Source of the DNA: Macrostomum lignano
Lineage: Eukaryota
Assembly (NCBI GenBank): GCA_002269645.1
Contig: NIVC01000085.1
Span: 1,046,312 to 1,110,311, forward strand
Direction of reading: 5' to 3'
DNA: 64,000 nucleotides
Shown here in pieces: positions 13,451 through 26,700 of the stretch. A program made the position numbers and the translations under genes. Every line of letters starts with the position of its first letter. Within the stretch, counting starts at the first letter, position 1. The notes beneath the pieces were generated by a model. It had not been told where the DNA came from and did not search any database. It saw only the letters and a program-made list of their open reading frames with translations.

Positions 13451-14309
13451 CTGCGGATTGGTGAAGTTGTTTGGTGCACGAATTAAGGTTTAGTGAGTTT
13501 TTAGCCCTGGCGAAATGAGTAGATAGGCAAAGTTGACCGATAACATTAATGTAAATGGTTAAACTAATATTTACACATTGGTTGGATCTGCATTGCCGAT
13601 GCTGTTAAGAGTTTCATTGGTGGAGTCCAATTGGTAGATATTGGTAGATTTACTTTGGTAGAGTTCTATTGGTAGAGAATGGTAGACTCCGGTTGGTAGA
13701 GTTCTATTGGTAGAGAATGGTAAAGTCCCGTTGGTAGAGTTCTATTGGTAGAGAATGGTAGACTCCGGTTGGTAGAATTCTATTGTTAAAGTCCTAGAGC
13801 CAGTTCTATAAAGCCATCGTAAGATAAGATCGTTCTTAGCTCCCATCTCCGCAGTGTAAAAGTTCTGGCGTACGATCCAACTTACGCTACGACAGCTTTA
13901 TAGTACGACCCGCTAGTTAATTCATTTGAGAGACTTCTATTGGTAGAGTTTCATTGGCAGAACTCCACTGACAGAACTGGCCAAACTGTTGAAGATCTAT
14001 CGACTACATCTTAAGAATTTTACATTTATATCAACATCATACGAAGTAACACGCGTATTCAAATTAAATGATGCTTAAAGTTACTGCTCTCCTTCCAATG
14101 ATGCTACTTTAGTAGTGTTTAGAAATTTTTCGTCTAAATTCTAAATCGACTACCAACTGCAAAGCTGGCTTAGAAGCCAGTAAAAAGTCAGACAGCGCGC
14201 GTTTTAGTAATTGAACAAAATATATTTAGACGATAACAAACAAAGCATACAAATATATTGTAAACGATTGTGATAATTTTAGAAAACAATTTTTCTCTGC
14301 CGTCACTCC

Positions 14310-15491
14310 TCAATAGCCCTTCTTCCGACTGCCGTAGCCGTTGTCGCTGTACTTATAGTTGCCATACTTGTCCTTAGGCGCCTTGTACAACAGCTTGCGC
14401 TTGCCGCCCTTCGGGCTCTCCAGGTAGTGACTAACCACGCGAGGCTTGCCGTACTTGTCGAGCTCTTCTTCGATCACCTCGTCGTAGTCGTAGTCGCCGC
14501 CATAGAAACTGTCGTAGTAGTCGTCGAATCCGTAGTCGTCGAACAGATCGAGCAGGTCCAGGTAATCTTCGCCGCTGTAGTCGTCAGCGTAGTCGTCGTC
14601 ATAATACTTTAACTTATCGTAGCCCTTGGCGTAGCTGGGTTCATAGCCCTTGCCATAGCCATCGTCCTTGCCGTAGCTCTTGCCGTAGCTCTCGCGGTAG
14701 CTCTTGCCGTAGCCCTTGTCGTAGTCATCGTCCTTGCCATAGCTCTTGCCGTAGCTCTCGCGGTAGCTCTTGCCGTAGCCCTTGTCGTAGTCATCGTCCT
14801 TGCCATAGCTCTTGCCGTAGCTCTCGCGGTAGCTCTTGCCGTAGCCCTTGTCGTAGTCATCGTCCTTGCCATAGCTCTTGCCGTAGCCCTTGCCATAGCC
14901 ATCGTCCTTGCCATAGCTCTTGCCGTAGCTCTCGCGGTAGCTCTTGCCGTAGCCCTTGTCGTAGTCATCGTCCTTGCCGTAGCCCTTGTCATAGTCATCG
15001 TACTTGCTGTAACGCTTGCCGTAGCCCTTGTCATAGTCATCGTCCTTGCCGTAGCTCTTGCCGTAGCTCTCGCGGTAGCTCTTGCCGTAGCCCTTGTCGT
15101 AGTCATCGTCCTTGCTGTAACGCTTGCCGTAGCCCTTGTCATAGCCATCGTTCTTGCCGTAGCTCTTGCCGTAGCCCTTGTAGTCATCGTCCTTGCCATA
15201 ACGCTTGCCGTAGCCCTTGTCATAGCCATCGTCCTTGCCGTAGCTCTTGCCATACCCATCGTTCCTGTCGTAGCTCCGGTCATAGGCCTTTTCATAGCCG
15301 TCGTCCTTGTCGTAGCCCTTGGCATAGCGATCATCCTTGCCCTTACCGTAGCTCACACCCGAGCTGTAAGGTTGCTGATATCCATCGTAGGTGTTGGTGC
15401 CTCTGACAATGCCATGATCGCCGTGCGAATCAACCAGGCCTAGCCCGCAAGCCAAGGCTAGCAGAGCCAGCCGATTTAAGCTAGTTCTCAT
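14310..15491 (-). CDS. Secreted Tyr/Gly/Asp/Lys-rich repetitive protein (eggshell/vitelline p48-like structural protein), 393 aa, intronless
   Basis: Signal-peptide-like MRTSLNRLALLALACGLGLVDS, YGKSYGKDDDYDKG repeats, acidic Tyr-rich block, basic C-terminus; TATAAAA box at 15570-15576 on the minus strand. Confidence 0.8.
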   Translation of the reverse strand: MRTSLNRLALLALACGLGLVDSHGDHGIVRGTNTYDGYQQPYSSGVSYGKGKDDRYAKGYDKDDGYEKAYDRSYDRNDGYGKSYGKDDGYDKGYGKRYGKDDDYKGYGKSYGKNDGYDKGYGKRYSKDDDYDKGYGKSYRESYGKSYGKDDDYDKGYGKRYSKYDDYDKGYGKDDDYDKGYGKSYRESYGKSYGKDDGYGKGYGKSYGKDDDYDKGYGKSYRESYGKSYGKDDDYDKGYGKSYRESYGKSYGKDDDYDKGYGKSYRESYGKSYGKDDGYGKGYEPSYAKGYDKLKYYDDDYADDYSGEDYLDLLDLFDDYGFDDYYDSFYGGDYDYDEVIEEELDKYGKPRVVSHYLESPKGGKRKLLYKAPKDKYGNYKYSDNGYGSRKKGY

Positions 15492-15569
15492 ACTGTTCCA
15501 AGTGCTGCTCAAAATTATCAAAATGGTAGACGTGAGCAACAGTCCCGAAAACCATTAGACTTCAGACCA

Positions 15570-15576
15570 TTTTATA
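15570..15576 (-). promoter_or_regulatory. TATA box (TATAAAA) upstream of the Tyr-rich gene
   Basis: About 80 nt upstream of the ATG at 15491. Confidence 0.4.
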
Positions 15577-16469
15577 GGATCAGAGTTAAGCTTTATAAAT
15601 TATACTAGCTAAAGATTACGTTTCACACACTGCGCTACGCTTAGGGGTTGGGGGTCACGCCAGTGGCTGCAATTGGCTGGCTGAACAGGCCGACCACCCC
15701 CCTCACTGCAGCCCCGTTCCCTTCCCGCGTTCAAAGTCAACCCATCGCACCTATCGCACCCTTGGCTGGGGAGGGGGGGGGTAGAAAAACTGTCAGGCAG
15801 CGTATCGGCTCTCAGCCAATCAGATCGCGCCACTTAACCACAGACGCTGATTTTAGATGACTCACAGCGTACGCACTCTATTGGATATGTTAGTAAAAAT
15901 ATTTGGAAGGTTAAAAATACGCTTTTTGTTGATAACCTAAAACAAACATATTTGGTTAAAGTGCATTTTGACACTTAAGAGCAAACTTCTACAAAAAAGA
16001 AAAAAATTAAACGCTTCTTTTACTCTCTGATTCTGATTTCTCCAATTTGTGATTATTAAATATGCTGGCGTGTGTCCAAGAAAGGAAATTGATATTAATA
16101 ATTCTCCTATATACTCAGCAACATTGAAAAGTCGCCACTCTATGCGACCAGTGAGCAATTTCTCTGGGACTATTCTGAAATTTAAAAGACACGAGAAAAT
16201 AGATCGGAGTAGCTTTAATCCCTCCAACCCTCGCACACCGCTCCCCCAGTTCATTCCTCAACTCAAGGCTGCCGCGGCGGAGCTGAGTTGCGTCACTCGC
16301 AAAGATTGAGAGACTTTACCTGCGCTCTTAAAAGTGGCGACCACAGACGGAATCTTCTGTGATGGCGAGTTTACAATGTTGCTAAGTATATATATATTTG
16401 TATCGACAATGAACTGCTGGGGCGTCATGGACTTTTAAAAGTCGTAATTTTGTGCCAGCTGAAAAAATA

Positions 16470-17270
16470 GCGCCACAGACATCCAAAATTGCGCCACAGA
16501 CATTAAAGTAGCGCCACAGACATCAAAGTACATGGTAGCGCCCCAGACATCAAAGTAGCGCCACAGACATCAAAGTACATGGTAGCACCACAGACATCCA
16601 AAGTACATGGTAGCGCCACAGACATCAAAGTAGCGCCACAGACATCAAAGTACATGGTAGCGCCACAGACATCAAAGTAGCGCCACAGACATCAAAGTAC
16701 ATGATAGCGCCACAGACATCAAAGTACATGATAGCGCCACAGACATCAAAGTACATGATAGCGCCACAGACATCAAATTACATGGTAGCGCCACAGACAT
16801 CAAATTACATGGTAGCGCCCCAGACATCAAAGTAGCGCCACAGACATCAAAGTAGCGCCACAGACATCAAAGTAGCGCCACAGACATCAAAGTAGCGCCA
16901 CAGACATCAAAGTACATGGTAGCGCCACAGACATCCAAAGTAGCGCCACAGACATCAAAGTACATGGTAGCGCCACAGACATCAAAGTAGCGCCCCAGAC
17001 ATCAAAGTAGCGCCACAGACATCAAAGTAGCGCCACAGACATCAAAGTAGCGCCACAGACATCAAAGTAGCGCCACAGACATCAAAGTAGCGCCACAGAC
17101 ATCAAAGTAGCGCCACAGACATCAAAGTACATGGTAGCGCCACAGACATCAAAGTACATGGTAGCGCCCCAGACGTCAAAGTACATGGTAGCGCCACAGA
17201 CATCAAAGTACATGGTAGCGCCCCAGACGTCAAAGTAGCGCCACAGACATCAAAGTAGCGCCACAGATAT
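16470..17270. repeat. 20/27-nt minisatellite gcgccacagacatcaaagta(catggta)
   Basis: Visible tandem units in TBATA intron 2. Confidence 0.9.
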
Positions 17271-17347
17271 AAAAAATGATCAAGCTTTCATAGAAGTATA
17301 GCATGCCTCGAAAGTTGGCCACCTACTAACTGTTTGCAGTTACTCAC

Positions 17348-17667
17348 CACGCCGCAGGTTCATGTCGCCGCGTCCGTCTGCAGCCGGAGCCGGAGCCACT
17401 GGCTGCTCAGGATGGAATGTCTGGTCAGTGAGGCTTCTCAGCTGCTCTCTCCAGCTCTCGGTTACCGGAACTAGACCGAGTCTTGGTACGGCCTTCTCCT
17501 TGAATGAATAGTTTCTCAAGTTGGTGAAATACTGCAGTCCATTCACCGTGTCCAGCGGGTGCTTGTGCGAGTTGAGATGGATGGCGTTGACCGGCAGCAG
17601 GAGCCTCTGGCTGGCCAGCTTCTCGTCGTTGTGCCCGTTCGGAGGGAAGCACAGGTGCGTTTCGTAG
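17348..17667 (-). CDS. TBATA: TBATA/SPATIAL-like protein, exon 2
   Basis: GLVPVTESWREQLRSL motif; ACGCAG acceptor (phase 2) and G|GTGAGT donor (phase 1). Confidence 0.75.
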
Positions 17668-17729
17668 CTGCGTTGTTTTTTATTGCGGGGTTTAGTGCTT
17701 GAGGGGCATTGTTGCAGTGTCCTCATTTG

Positions 17730-19340
17730 TGGCGCCAAACGGGAGTGGGTTATAGATGTGGCGCCAAAAGGGTGTAGGTCCTAGATGTGGCGCCAAAAGG
17801 GTGTGGATTATAGATGTGGTACTAAAGGGTGTGGTTTCTAGATGTGGTACTAAAGTGTGAGGGTTCTAGATGTGGTACCAAAGGGTGTGGTTTCTAGATG
17901 TGGTACTAAAGTGTGAGGGTTCTAGATGTGGTACTAAAGGGTGTGGGTCCTAGATGTGGTACTAAAGGGTGTGGTTTCTATATGTGGCGCCAAAAGGGTG
18001 TGGTTTCTTTATGTGGCGCCAAAAGGGTGTGGTTTCTAGATGTGGCGCCAAAAAGCTGTGGGTTCTAGATGTGGTACTAAAGGGTATGGGTCTTAGATGT
18101 GGTACTAAAGGGTGTGGTTTCTATATGTGGCGCCAAAAGGGTGTGGATTATAGATGTGGCGCCAAAAAGCTGTGGGTTCTAGATGTGGTACTAAAGGGTG
18201 TGGGTTCTTTATGTGGCGCCAAAAGGGTGTGGTTTCTAGATGTGGTGCCAAAAAGCTGTGGGTTCTAGATGTGACACTAAAGGGTGTGGGTTCTAGATGT
18301 GACACTAAAGGGTGTGGGTTCTAGATTTGGTACTAAAGGGTGTGGGTCTTAGATGTGGTACTAAATGGTGTGGTTTCTATATGTGGCGCCAAAAAGGTGT
18401 GGTTTCTAGATGTGGCGCCAAAAAGCTGTGGGTTCTAGATGTGGTACTAAAGGGTATGGGTCTTAGATGTGGTACTAAATGGTGTGGTTTCTATATGTGG
18501 CGCCAAAAGTTGCGGGTCCTAGATGTGGCGCCAAAAATCTGTGGTTTCTAGATGTGGTACTAAAGGGTGTGGGTCTTAGATGTGGTACTAAAGGGTGTGG
18601 TTTCTATATGTGGCGCAAAAAGGGTGTGGTTTCTAGATGTGGCGCCAAAAAGCTGTGGGTTCTAGATGTGGCGCCAAAAAGCTGTGGGTTCTAGATGTGG
18701 CGCCAAAAGGGTATGGATTATAGATGTGGCGCCAAAAAGCTGTGGGTTCTAGATGTGACACTAAAGGGTGTGGTTTCTAGATGTGGCGCCAAAAGGGTGT
18801 GGTTTCTAGATGTGGCGCCAAAAAGCTGTGGGTTCTAGATGTGACACTAAAGGGTGTGGGTCATAGATGTGGCGCCAAAAATCTGTGCATTATAGATGTG
18901 GCGCCAAAAAGCTGTGGGTTCTAGATGTGACACTAAAGGGTGTGGGTTCTAGATGTGCCAAAAGGTTGCGGGTCCTAGATGTGGCGCCAAAAATCTGTGG
19001 TTTCTAGATGTGGTACTAAAGGGTGTGGGTCTTAGATGTGGTACTAAAGGGTGTGGGTTCTAGATGTGGCGCCAAAAGGGTGTGGATTATAGATGTGGCG
19101 CCAAAAAGCTGCGAGTTCTAGATGTCGTACTAAAGTGTGTGGTTTCTAGATGTGGCGCCAAAAAGCTGTGGGTTCTAGATGTGGCGCCAAAAAGCTGTGG
19201 GTTCTAGATGTGGCGCCAAAAGGGTGTGGATTATAGATGTGGCGCCAAAAAGCTGTGGTTTCTAGATGTGGCGCCAAAAAGCTGTGGTTTCTAGATACGG
19301 CGCCAAAAAGCTTTGGGTTCTAGATGCGGCGCCAAAGGTA
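17730..19340. repeat. ~30-nt minisatellite tctagatgtggcgccaaaagggtgtggtt
   Basis: About 1.6 kb of degenerate units in TBATA intron 1. Confidence 0.92.
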
Positions 19341-19479
19341 AAGGGGCTATTTAAGACTTCACAGAGGACTCCAAGTTTTTCTGTGTGGGTGTAGTCTAAA
19401 TGAACCTCTCGAAGCCACATTAAGAAAGTAACATCAAAGGTTGCTCTAAAAATGGTTTACAAATCAATCTGACCCTCAC

Positions 19480-19691
19480 CTGCTATCATCGCAGTCATCG
19501 ACCACCACGGGAATGGGCAGGCCCAGCAGTCCTTTGATGTGAACGCACCTGTGAGGGTGCGGGTTATGCCTGGCAAAGAAGGAACTTTTGGACAGCTGGC
19601 CGAACCTGTAGCCTGATTGCGTCGATGGCCGGCTTGGAGTCGAGTTGGACGGCTCGGGCTTCTTCACCGGCTGAAGTTCCACGGTGGCCAT
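19480..19691 (-). CDS. TBATA: TBATA/SPATIAL-like protein, exon 1
   Basis: FGQLSKSSFFARHNPHPHRCVHIKGLLGLPIPVVVDD matches the TBATA N-terminal motif; AG|GTGAGG donor. Joined CDS is 1302 nt (433 aa plus stop), open throughout. Confidence 0.8.
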
Positions 19692-21902
19692 CGCTTTTTA
19701 TTGAGCTGATCGAATCTGGGCGAGTGCAGCGCGCTAATTTGCTTCTACGGCAACTGCACTTGCTGCTGCTGCGTCCCTTATAATACAGAGGCCAGTCTGT
19801 CTCTCGCCCACTCCCCCTGACTGTCTCTCTCGCTGTCGGTCTCTGTGGCAACCGCAAGCCAATTGGAAGCTAAGCGACAAAAATTGAAGCAGAGCAGAGT
19901 CTTTTGAAGCCTATAGTTTGTTCTCTCTCTCTCTCTCTGTGCGGCAGCTGAGGGTGCTAATTTTCTCTCTACGTGTTTCTCTTTTATTGCAATAGCCGCA
20001 GCTGTGCGAGTGTGTAGTGGCTGCTTGGGACCCGCTGGCGAAGTGGCTCCTATGCAACTCATCTGTGTCTTCTGATGTCTACTTGGCGTGTCTCTCTCTG
20101 CTCTGGTCTCTCTTTTGTTTGCGAGTATGGTTCAACTCTTGAGAAGGTGCACACACTCCGCCTCGCTGTTTTCAGTACGGCGCCAGGTGCTTGTGGGGCA
20201 GTAAATTAAAGACTGTCGTTTTAGTTTGCAGACAACTGAACACCCAACCCCCCCCCATGTTTTATCGTGGAGAATAATCTTGAGCGCCATCTCTCTCTCT
20301 CTCTCTCTCTGCTCAGACCCTGACTGTAGGCAGCAGATTGGTTGCTGCAATTTTTTATTCGTCATGTACTCAAGAGTCTGAGCAGGTTTCCGCGGCAGGG
20401 TTCTTGAGCACGCAACCAGCTTTAGTATCGACATACGAGAATATCGCCTTAAGATCTATTGGCCTTAACCTGTTACTGTAATCATTTTTCAGAATATATC
20501 TTTTTTAATGCAACCTTTCCTAGGTTCGTCATTCAGGTTTCTCCTCTGCTTATTTCTTTTTCTTCCACTGTCTCATCTCTTACCTGTCGGATTGCTTGCA
20601 GGTGTGGCTGAGGTCCACTGACCCCTGAGAACTTACACTGATAAGTACACAGGCGCACAGGGTGAACGGCGGCCCTGACTTTATCAGCGTCACGTATGTA
20701 CACTCACTACGCCTTGGGGGTTGACCTCCGTGTGCCAGAACTACGCTAGCAGCAGTTAATGTGGCTGCACACGGAGTCAAACCACAGGTCCAACCTTTCA
20801 TCAACTTTCCTTTACTTTTATCTACCCTCACTGACCTTTATTCGTTAAAAAGTTAATGAATTATGAATATGCAGGCATTACAGTGCGACAAACAAAAGAT
20901 TCATAGAGAACTCTCTGTTGGATAAACACAATAGTTCTTGACGCCAAGCAGAACTGTATCAAGCAAGGTATATTTCTAAAAAAGACCTGTCTTTAGGCTG
21001 GGCCACTTCAAATGACAGGCACCCAACTGCCAACTCTGGCAGAAGATACGGAGAGAGAATTCCACTATAAGCCATTGTTGAGCCAGTGTGTGTGCTGTCT
21101 GCCTGAGACTGCCAGACTATGAGCTGATGCGGTACAAGCAGGGTCTGCGCGCTTCGGATAAGGCTGCCTCTCTCGCACCCCTCAGTACTCTGATCCATAA
21201 CCATTGAGCAATATGCTTGGCTCTTTCTTTGTCGGTTTTTTCGTTTATCTTTAAGACGTCGTCCAAGTCAGCTTGAGACGTAACCTAACCTAACGTGTAC
21301 AGGTAAATATTAGGCTATAATATACTTAGGCATAGCCGGCCTAGGTAATACTCTGCACAGCATAGAAAGTGCCAAATGAACTGTTTACAGTAGTTAAATG
21401 TTGACTATACTAAGCAAGGCCAATTAAAACTAACTTCAAAGCAAACTTTGATATGGAGATGGTTTGAGTATGAAAAAGAGAGACTGAGCGAAAAGGACTT
21501 CGACGTATGATTGAACATGCTGCTCTCAGCCATGCATGCTTTTTCTCATATTTCCTTGCTAAAACATGCATATCGGGCTATGTCTGGAATAACCTTGCAC
21601 TATAGTCAAGTCAGATGAAGCCATTTTAAGAGTTACAGCAGCTCAGTAACTGTGAGCATCAATTCGACATGGAAAAATGAAAATGTAACAAAAAGAAATG
21701 TTTATGGTTTTGATTTCAATCGTATTTTCGCTTGCGCTGGTATAGTTAGAAACACGTTTTTAGATTAAAGTACAGCAAACTACAAGATGTCCAAAGCTTT
21801 ATAATGTTGAGCATGAATACTTTAACAAATATATATTGTATTATGTAAAAAGCAGATAAAAATAAATATAGCATTTTCCAGATTAGGCTTTGGACAAGCA
21901 AC

Positions 21903-22140
21903 TTAATCCTTAGTGGGAGAATGAAGACTTGCTTTCCATTGTCTATGGCCGAACTTAGATCGTTTAGTAGGAAAATGAAGCTATTAAAGACTTGCTTTTC
22001 ATTGTCTATGACTCAACCTGAATCCTTAGTGGGGGAATGAAGCTATCAAAGACTTCTTTTTCATTGTCTATGGACCAGCCTTAATCCTTAGTAGTGGGAG
22101 AGCCAAGCTATTTAAGTCTTGCTTTTCAATGTCTATGGCG
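21903..22140. repeat. ~60-nt degenerate repeat (aagacttgcttttcattgtctatgg core), about 4 copies
   Basis: Visible. Confidence 0.7.
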
Positions 22141-23129
22141 CTATAGGGGGTCTGTGGAGCAGTGTGGAGCAGATTTGATTCTTTCCACAAACGTGCAAGC
22201 TTTGGGCCATAGACAATAAAACAAACATTGGCAGCTTCTTTGGCCTAAATTCCATTCACAGGAATTCCTCAATAATTCCATGCATCTTCCAAAACAAATT
22301 TATTTAAAATAATAATAAATCATATCAACGTTGATAATTTGGTACCTTGGCAGCTTTTTGAACAGAAAAATATATGACAAATTTTCAGTGCTTTTGACGG
22401 ATTGCTTTGCATGCGCCCTGAAAATTAGAACTGACGCGAGTTGTCAAGACCTCGTAGAGCGAATTTTTTAGCATTTCCAAATTTGATGACTTTATAGCTT
22501 TGCAGTCATTCTTTGCATCCGCAGCTGCAGAACAATAGCAGAGCTTGCAGTCTGTCCAAGGCAAACATTTGCTAAACTCAGGCAAAGTTCCGTCCCGTTA
22601 AAAAAAGCCCAACATCCGGCATGTCTGCGTCTGATTTTTGGCTGCAGTCTATAGAACAAGCCAAACACTTTTTTCAGTTCACTTTCACACAAGTTTTGTT
22701 TTAATAGACATGTTCCTTGATTTAAAATAGGCTACTTACAATAGTCTGAGATGTTTTCTGTCATACTGCACCACCTGTTGCAGGATTTTCAATTATTAAT
22801 CATGAGATTTGGTTTATCATTATTTGAGATTGCAGATTGCTTTCTAGCTGGAAAGTATTATAGCTGAAGAGATTGTAAGTAGTTGCATAGTGCTCATATA
22901 ATCCTATTATTTCGTGAACGTTGACCTACTTTATTCTGTGGACTTCTATGAGAACAAGAGGAAACTTAAAGAACCCCTTCAATCCTAAGAATTGAATGGG
23001 TAAAAGGTTAACTGTCAATCTTCTTCGCCCTAAAAACCCACCCGTGATCCAGGAACAATGGAATCATCAGAAAAAACCTGATTGGCTCAATGGCCCTTCT
23101 AGAACAGATACTACAGGGTTTGTGTTTCG

Positions 23130-23570
23130 GTCAATGACTCAAAGGAAATCGCTCCTTATTGCTAAATGACTCAAAGGGAATCGCTCATTATTGCTCAATG
23201 ACTCAAGGGGAATCGCTCATTTTTGCTCAATGACTCAAAGGGAATCGCTCATTATTAGTCAATGACTCAAAGGGAATCGCTCACTATTGGTCAATGACTC
23301 AAACGGAATCGATCATTATTGGTCAATGACTCAAAGGGAATCGATCATTATTGGTCAATGACTCAAACGGAATCGCTCATTATTGATTTATGACTCAAAC
23401 GGCATCGATCATTATTGGTCAATGACTCAAACGGAATAGCTCATTATTGGTCAATGACTCAAACGGAATCGATCATTATTGGTCAACGACTCAAAGGGCA
23501 TCGCTCATTATTGGTCAATGACTCAAAGGGCATCGCTCATTATTGGTCAATGACTCAAAAGGCATCGCTC
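23130..23570. repeat. ~30-nt minisatellite aatgactcaaagggaatcgctcattattggtc
   Basis: Visible tandem units. Confidence 0.9.
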
Positions 23571-24507
23571 ATTTCGCCAGTGACTCAGAGGAAATGGCTC
23601 ATTCGGCCAAAGACTCTAAAGCAAGGATCGCTAAAAATCGTTTTTATGACCAATGGCTCAAAGGCAATTGGGATCTGCGCAGTTTAAAAGTTTTAAAATC
23701 AGAAAACACGTTATACTCATTGAAGCGCGGTCAAGACTTGTGCTTTTTACGTCATAGTTTAACTAAAGTACCAGTCTGCATTCGTGCTGCCAATGAGTCT
23801 ACTCGCACTCTAACGCATAGTTAAAAAGGATTCAATAGAGAAGAATTTCTTTGGTCCAAAAAATGTCGGCGAAATTTCCGGGAGAGACGCATTACGTCGG
23901 ACTTTTGTTAGCGACCTTTTTGAAGTGTTTCTTTATTGTTTCCCTCAAGCACACGTCTCTAAACGACTTCTGTGGATACGGGGGGGGGGGGCTTCGGTCT
24001 CTCGGAGGGATTTGGCAAAGATCCGCAACTGCGACTCTCCCCAAGCCAGGCTTTGACTGCAGCAGGGCCGCAATGCCTACCGCTACCTCCTCTCTCCTCT
24101 CACGGACTCCCGCAAGCTGTCAGCGCTTGGCCCCTCGCGCTCATTTCCCAGTTCAGCTCCCTGCAGCAGAAGTATCGATCGATCGATTGGAAAATTTCTT
24201 TCCCGATCGTGATCGCTTCGGTTGGGGCGGGAGCGGTAGACTGTTGTTGGCTCAGTTCTCTCTCTCTCTCTCTCTCTCTCTCCCGCTCGACTTGCTCGCC
24301 AAGCCTCGAAGAGTAAAATCCAAGTCCTTGGCTAACAAAGCGATTGGCTTTAGCTGTTACAGGGTTTCCCGCTTCAATTTAATCTCCCATTCTAGCTGGC
24401 TCTCTCTCTCCAACACTCTTGAGGATTTTTTGCCCTCTCAGACACAAGAGGCTCTGTGATGTAGTGCCGCCTGAGCACCTACCTACGTACCTATCTCGCT
24501 GAGCACA

Positions 24508-26415
24508 ATGACGCAGGAACAATTCGGTTCGAGTCTGGCCGAATCACAACGAGCGGCGTATCTGTTCAGCCTCCTGGACACTGACGGATCCGGCTTCATC
24601 ACCGAGTCGGACCTCGCTCGCTGCTGCGACGGTGATCTTAGGCCAGATGAGGTCCGACAGATCTTCGCCCAGCTGGACGAAGACGGCGACGGCCGGGTTG
24701 ACGCGGCCGACTTTCAGGCCGGCTTCAGGGCCATCGGCCTGTCATTGGCCTCCCGTGAGTTGCACAACCAGCATCAGCATCATCACCAGCAGTTGGCAGC
24801 TGGCCAGGCCGGCAGCTCTCTGAGCATGAAGGCCTTCTCCCAGGAGCGGCTACTAGACGTTGACGAGCCCCAAGAGCTGCGACAGCCGCCGCAGCAGCGT
24901 AGCGGTGCCAGCGGTGCAGACCTCGAGCAGCAGCTGACCGAGGGACTTCAGCAGCTCAGCTGTCAAGAGAAAGTCTGCGAGCTGCACTGCCTGTTGCAGC
25001 GCCAATACCCCCAGCTTGTAGACAGCTTCGAGTCCATTATTGTCAGTGCAGCCAAGGAGGTCGGAGCTCAGCGTCGCGAACGTCAACGACTCGAGGAGGC
25101 CTTTGCCAGAGCCAAGGCGGCCAACGAGAGCCACGTGCGCCAACTGGAGGAGGAGATGGAGATCCAGATGACCAAGTTGGAGCAGCGGGCGAGAGCGCAG
25201 GAAAGACGCCGGCTGGCCGAGCAATACCAGGACCTGCTGGACAGAAAGCAGGCCGAAATCGACGAGCTGCAGACGATGATCGACGAACTGCAGCGTCGAC
25301 GAAGCCGACAGGATGCCGCGGATGCCACTTCAGAGGTCGGGTTACGACGCAGCGTCGAAGAAACCAGGGAGCGAAACCAGAGTCTCTTAGCGGACATGCA
25401 GAGGCTGGAGACGGCGCTAGCGGTAAGCCGCAGCGAGCTCGCTCGAATGCGCCAGGACCAGGAAGGCCGGACCCGGGAGCTGCTGGTCGAGAGAAGAAAT
25501 CTTCAGACCTACCAGCGCGATCAGGAGCAGCTGGCACTACAGCTGCGGCTGCTACAGCAGGCCAACCGGAGTCTAAGCGACACCAACGACAGTCTGCGCT
25601 GCGCTCTTGAGCGCCAATACAGCGGCGTCAGCAGCGGCGGTGGCGGAGGTGGCGCTGTCACGCCGTCGTCCGGACGAGGCAGCTTCTGTCGCCCCGTGAG
25701 CAGCGTCGGCACCGCCGCGGCCGCGGAGGAATTTTGCGAAGACGGGGTGGAGAGAAGAGTGGGTCTGAGCACCGAGCTAGATGAGGATGACGAGGAGGTT
25801 GACAGCGGAATGTCGACCTGTCGCGACGATCAGCGACAGTCCATGGCTTCTGCCGCCGACTTCCCGGATCACTTTGTAATCCCTTTTGGCGGCGGCGGCG
25901 GCAAAGGCTTTGGGTACGATTTTACCGACGAAGAAGTAGAAGAGGATGAAGAAGGTCTTCACTCCACCCGAGAGACTCTGGTCGATTGTGGAGCTCGGGA
26001 GCGGAGCTCGGCGACCGCTCAACAGCTGGACGATTGCTATATGTACTCCGAAGCGCAGGAGGACGGAGAAGTCATCCGTCATCGCCAGCCGTTGCGCAGC
26101 AGTCGAAGGCATCGGCAGCTCCGTCGGTGTCCTCAGCCTCATCAGATGGGATATCCGGAGGAAGAGGAGGAGGGCGCTGAAGTGGATCAGGCAGAGTCAA
26201 TTGCTGAGTCGGTTGCCATGTCGCCACTCGAGCGCATGTTCAAGGTGGTGTTGGCAGGCGACGCGGCAGTGGGCAAGAGCAGCTTCATTGGACGATTTTG
26301 CGATGGTCGATTCTCTGCCAACACGACGGCCACGCTGGGCGTAGACTTCAAGACTCGGACGCTGGTAGTGGACGGTCGAGTTGTGGCCGTACAGCTTTGG
26401 GACACGGCCGGCCAG
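24508..26415 (+). CDS. RASEF: RASEF/Rab45-like large Rab GTPase, exon 1 (EF-hands, coiled coil, start of Rab domain)
   Basis: EF loops DTDGSGFIT and DEDGDGRVD; G1 GDAAVGKS; TLGVDF; WDTAGQ|GT donor at 26416. Confidence 0.9.
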
Positions 26416-26507
26416 GTTAGAAAAAACTTCCCTAACTAATTGTCCGCATATTTTCTGTCGAACGGCCTTTGCATTCTCCAGTTTCTTGTAGCCATTGTCA
26501 AACTCAA

Positions 26508-26700
26508 AAGTCACTCTCCAGTCTTAACTCGAGAGTCACTCTCCAGTCTTAACTCGAGAGTCACTCTCCAGTCCCAACCCGAGAGTCACTCTCCAGTCCC
26601 AACCCGAGAGTCATTCTCCAGTCCCAACCCGAGAGTCACTCTCCAGTCCCAACCCGAGAGTCACTCTCCAGTCCCAATTCGAGAGTCACTCCACAGTCTC
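26508..26700. repeat. 27-nt repeat gagagtcactctccagtcccaacccga
   Basis: Intronic tandem units. Confidence 0.85.

Noticed and set aside
14609-15334. 241-aa Thr/Ala/Arg ORF
   Set aside because: Alternative frame of the Tyr-rich repeat gene; no signal peptide or unique ends.
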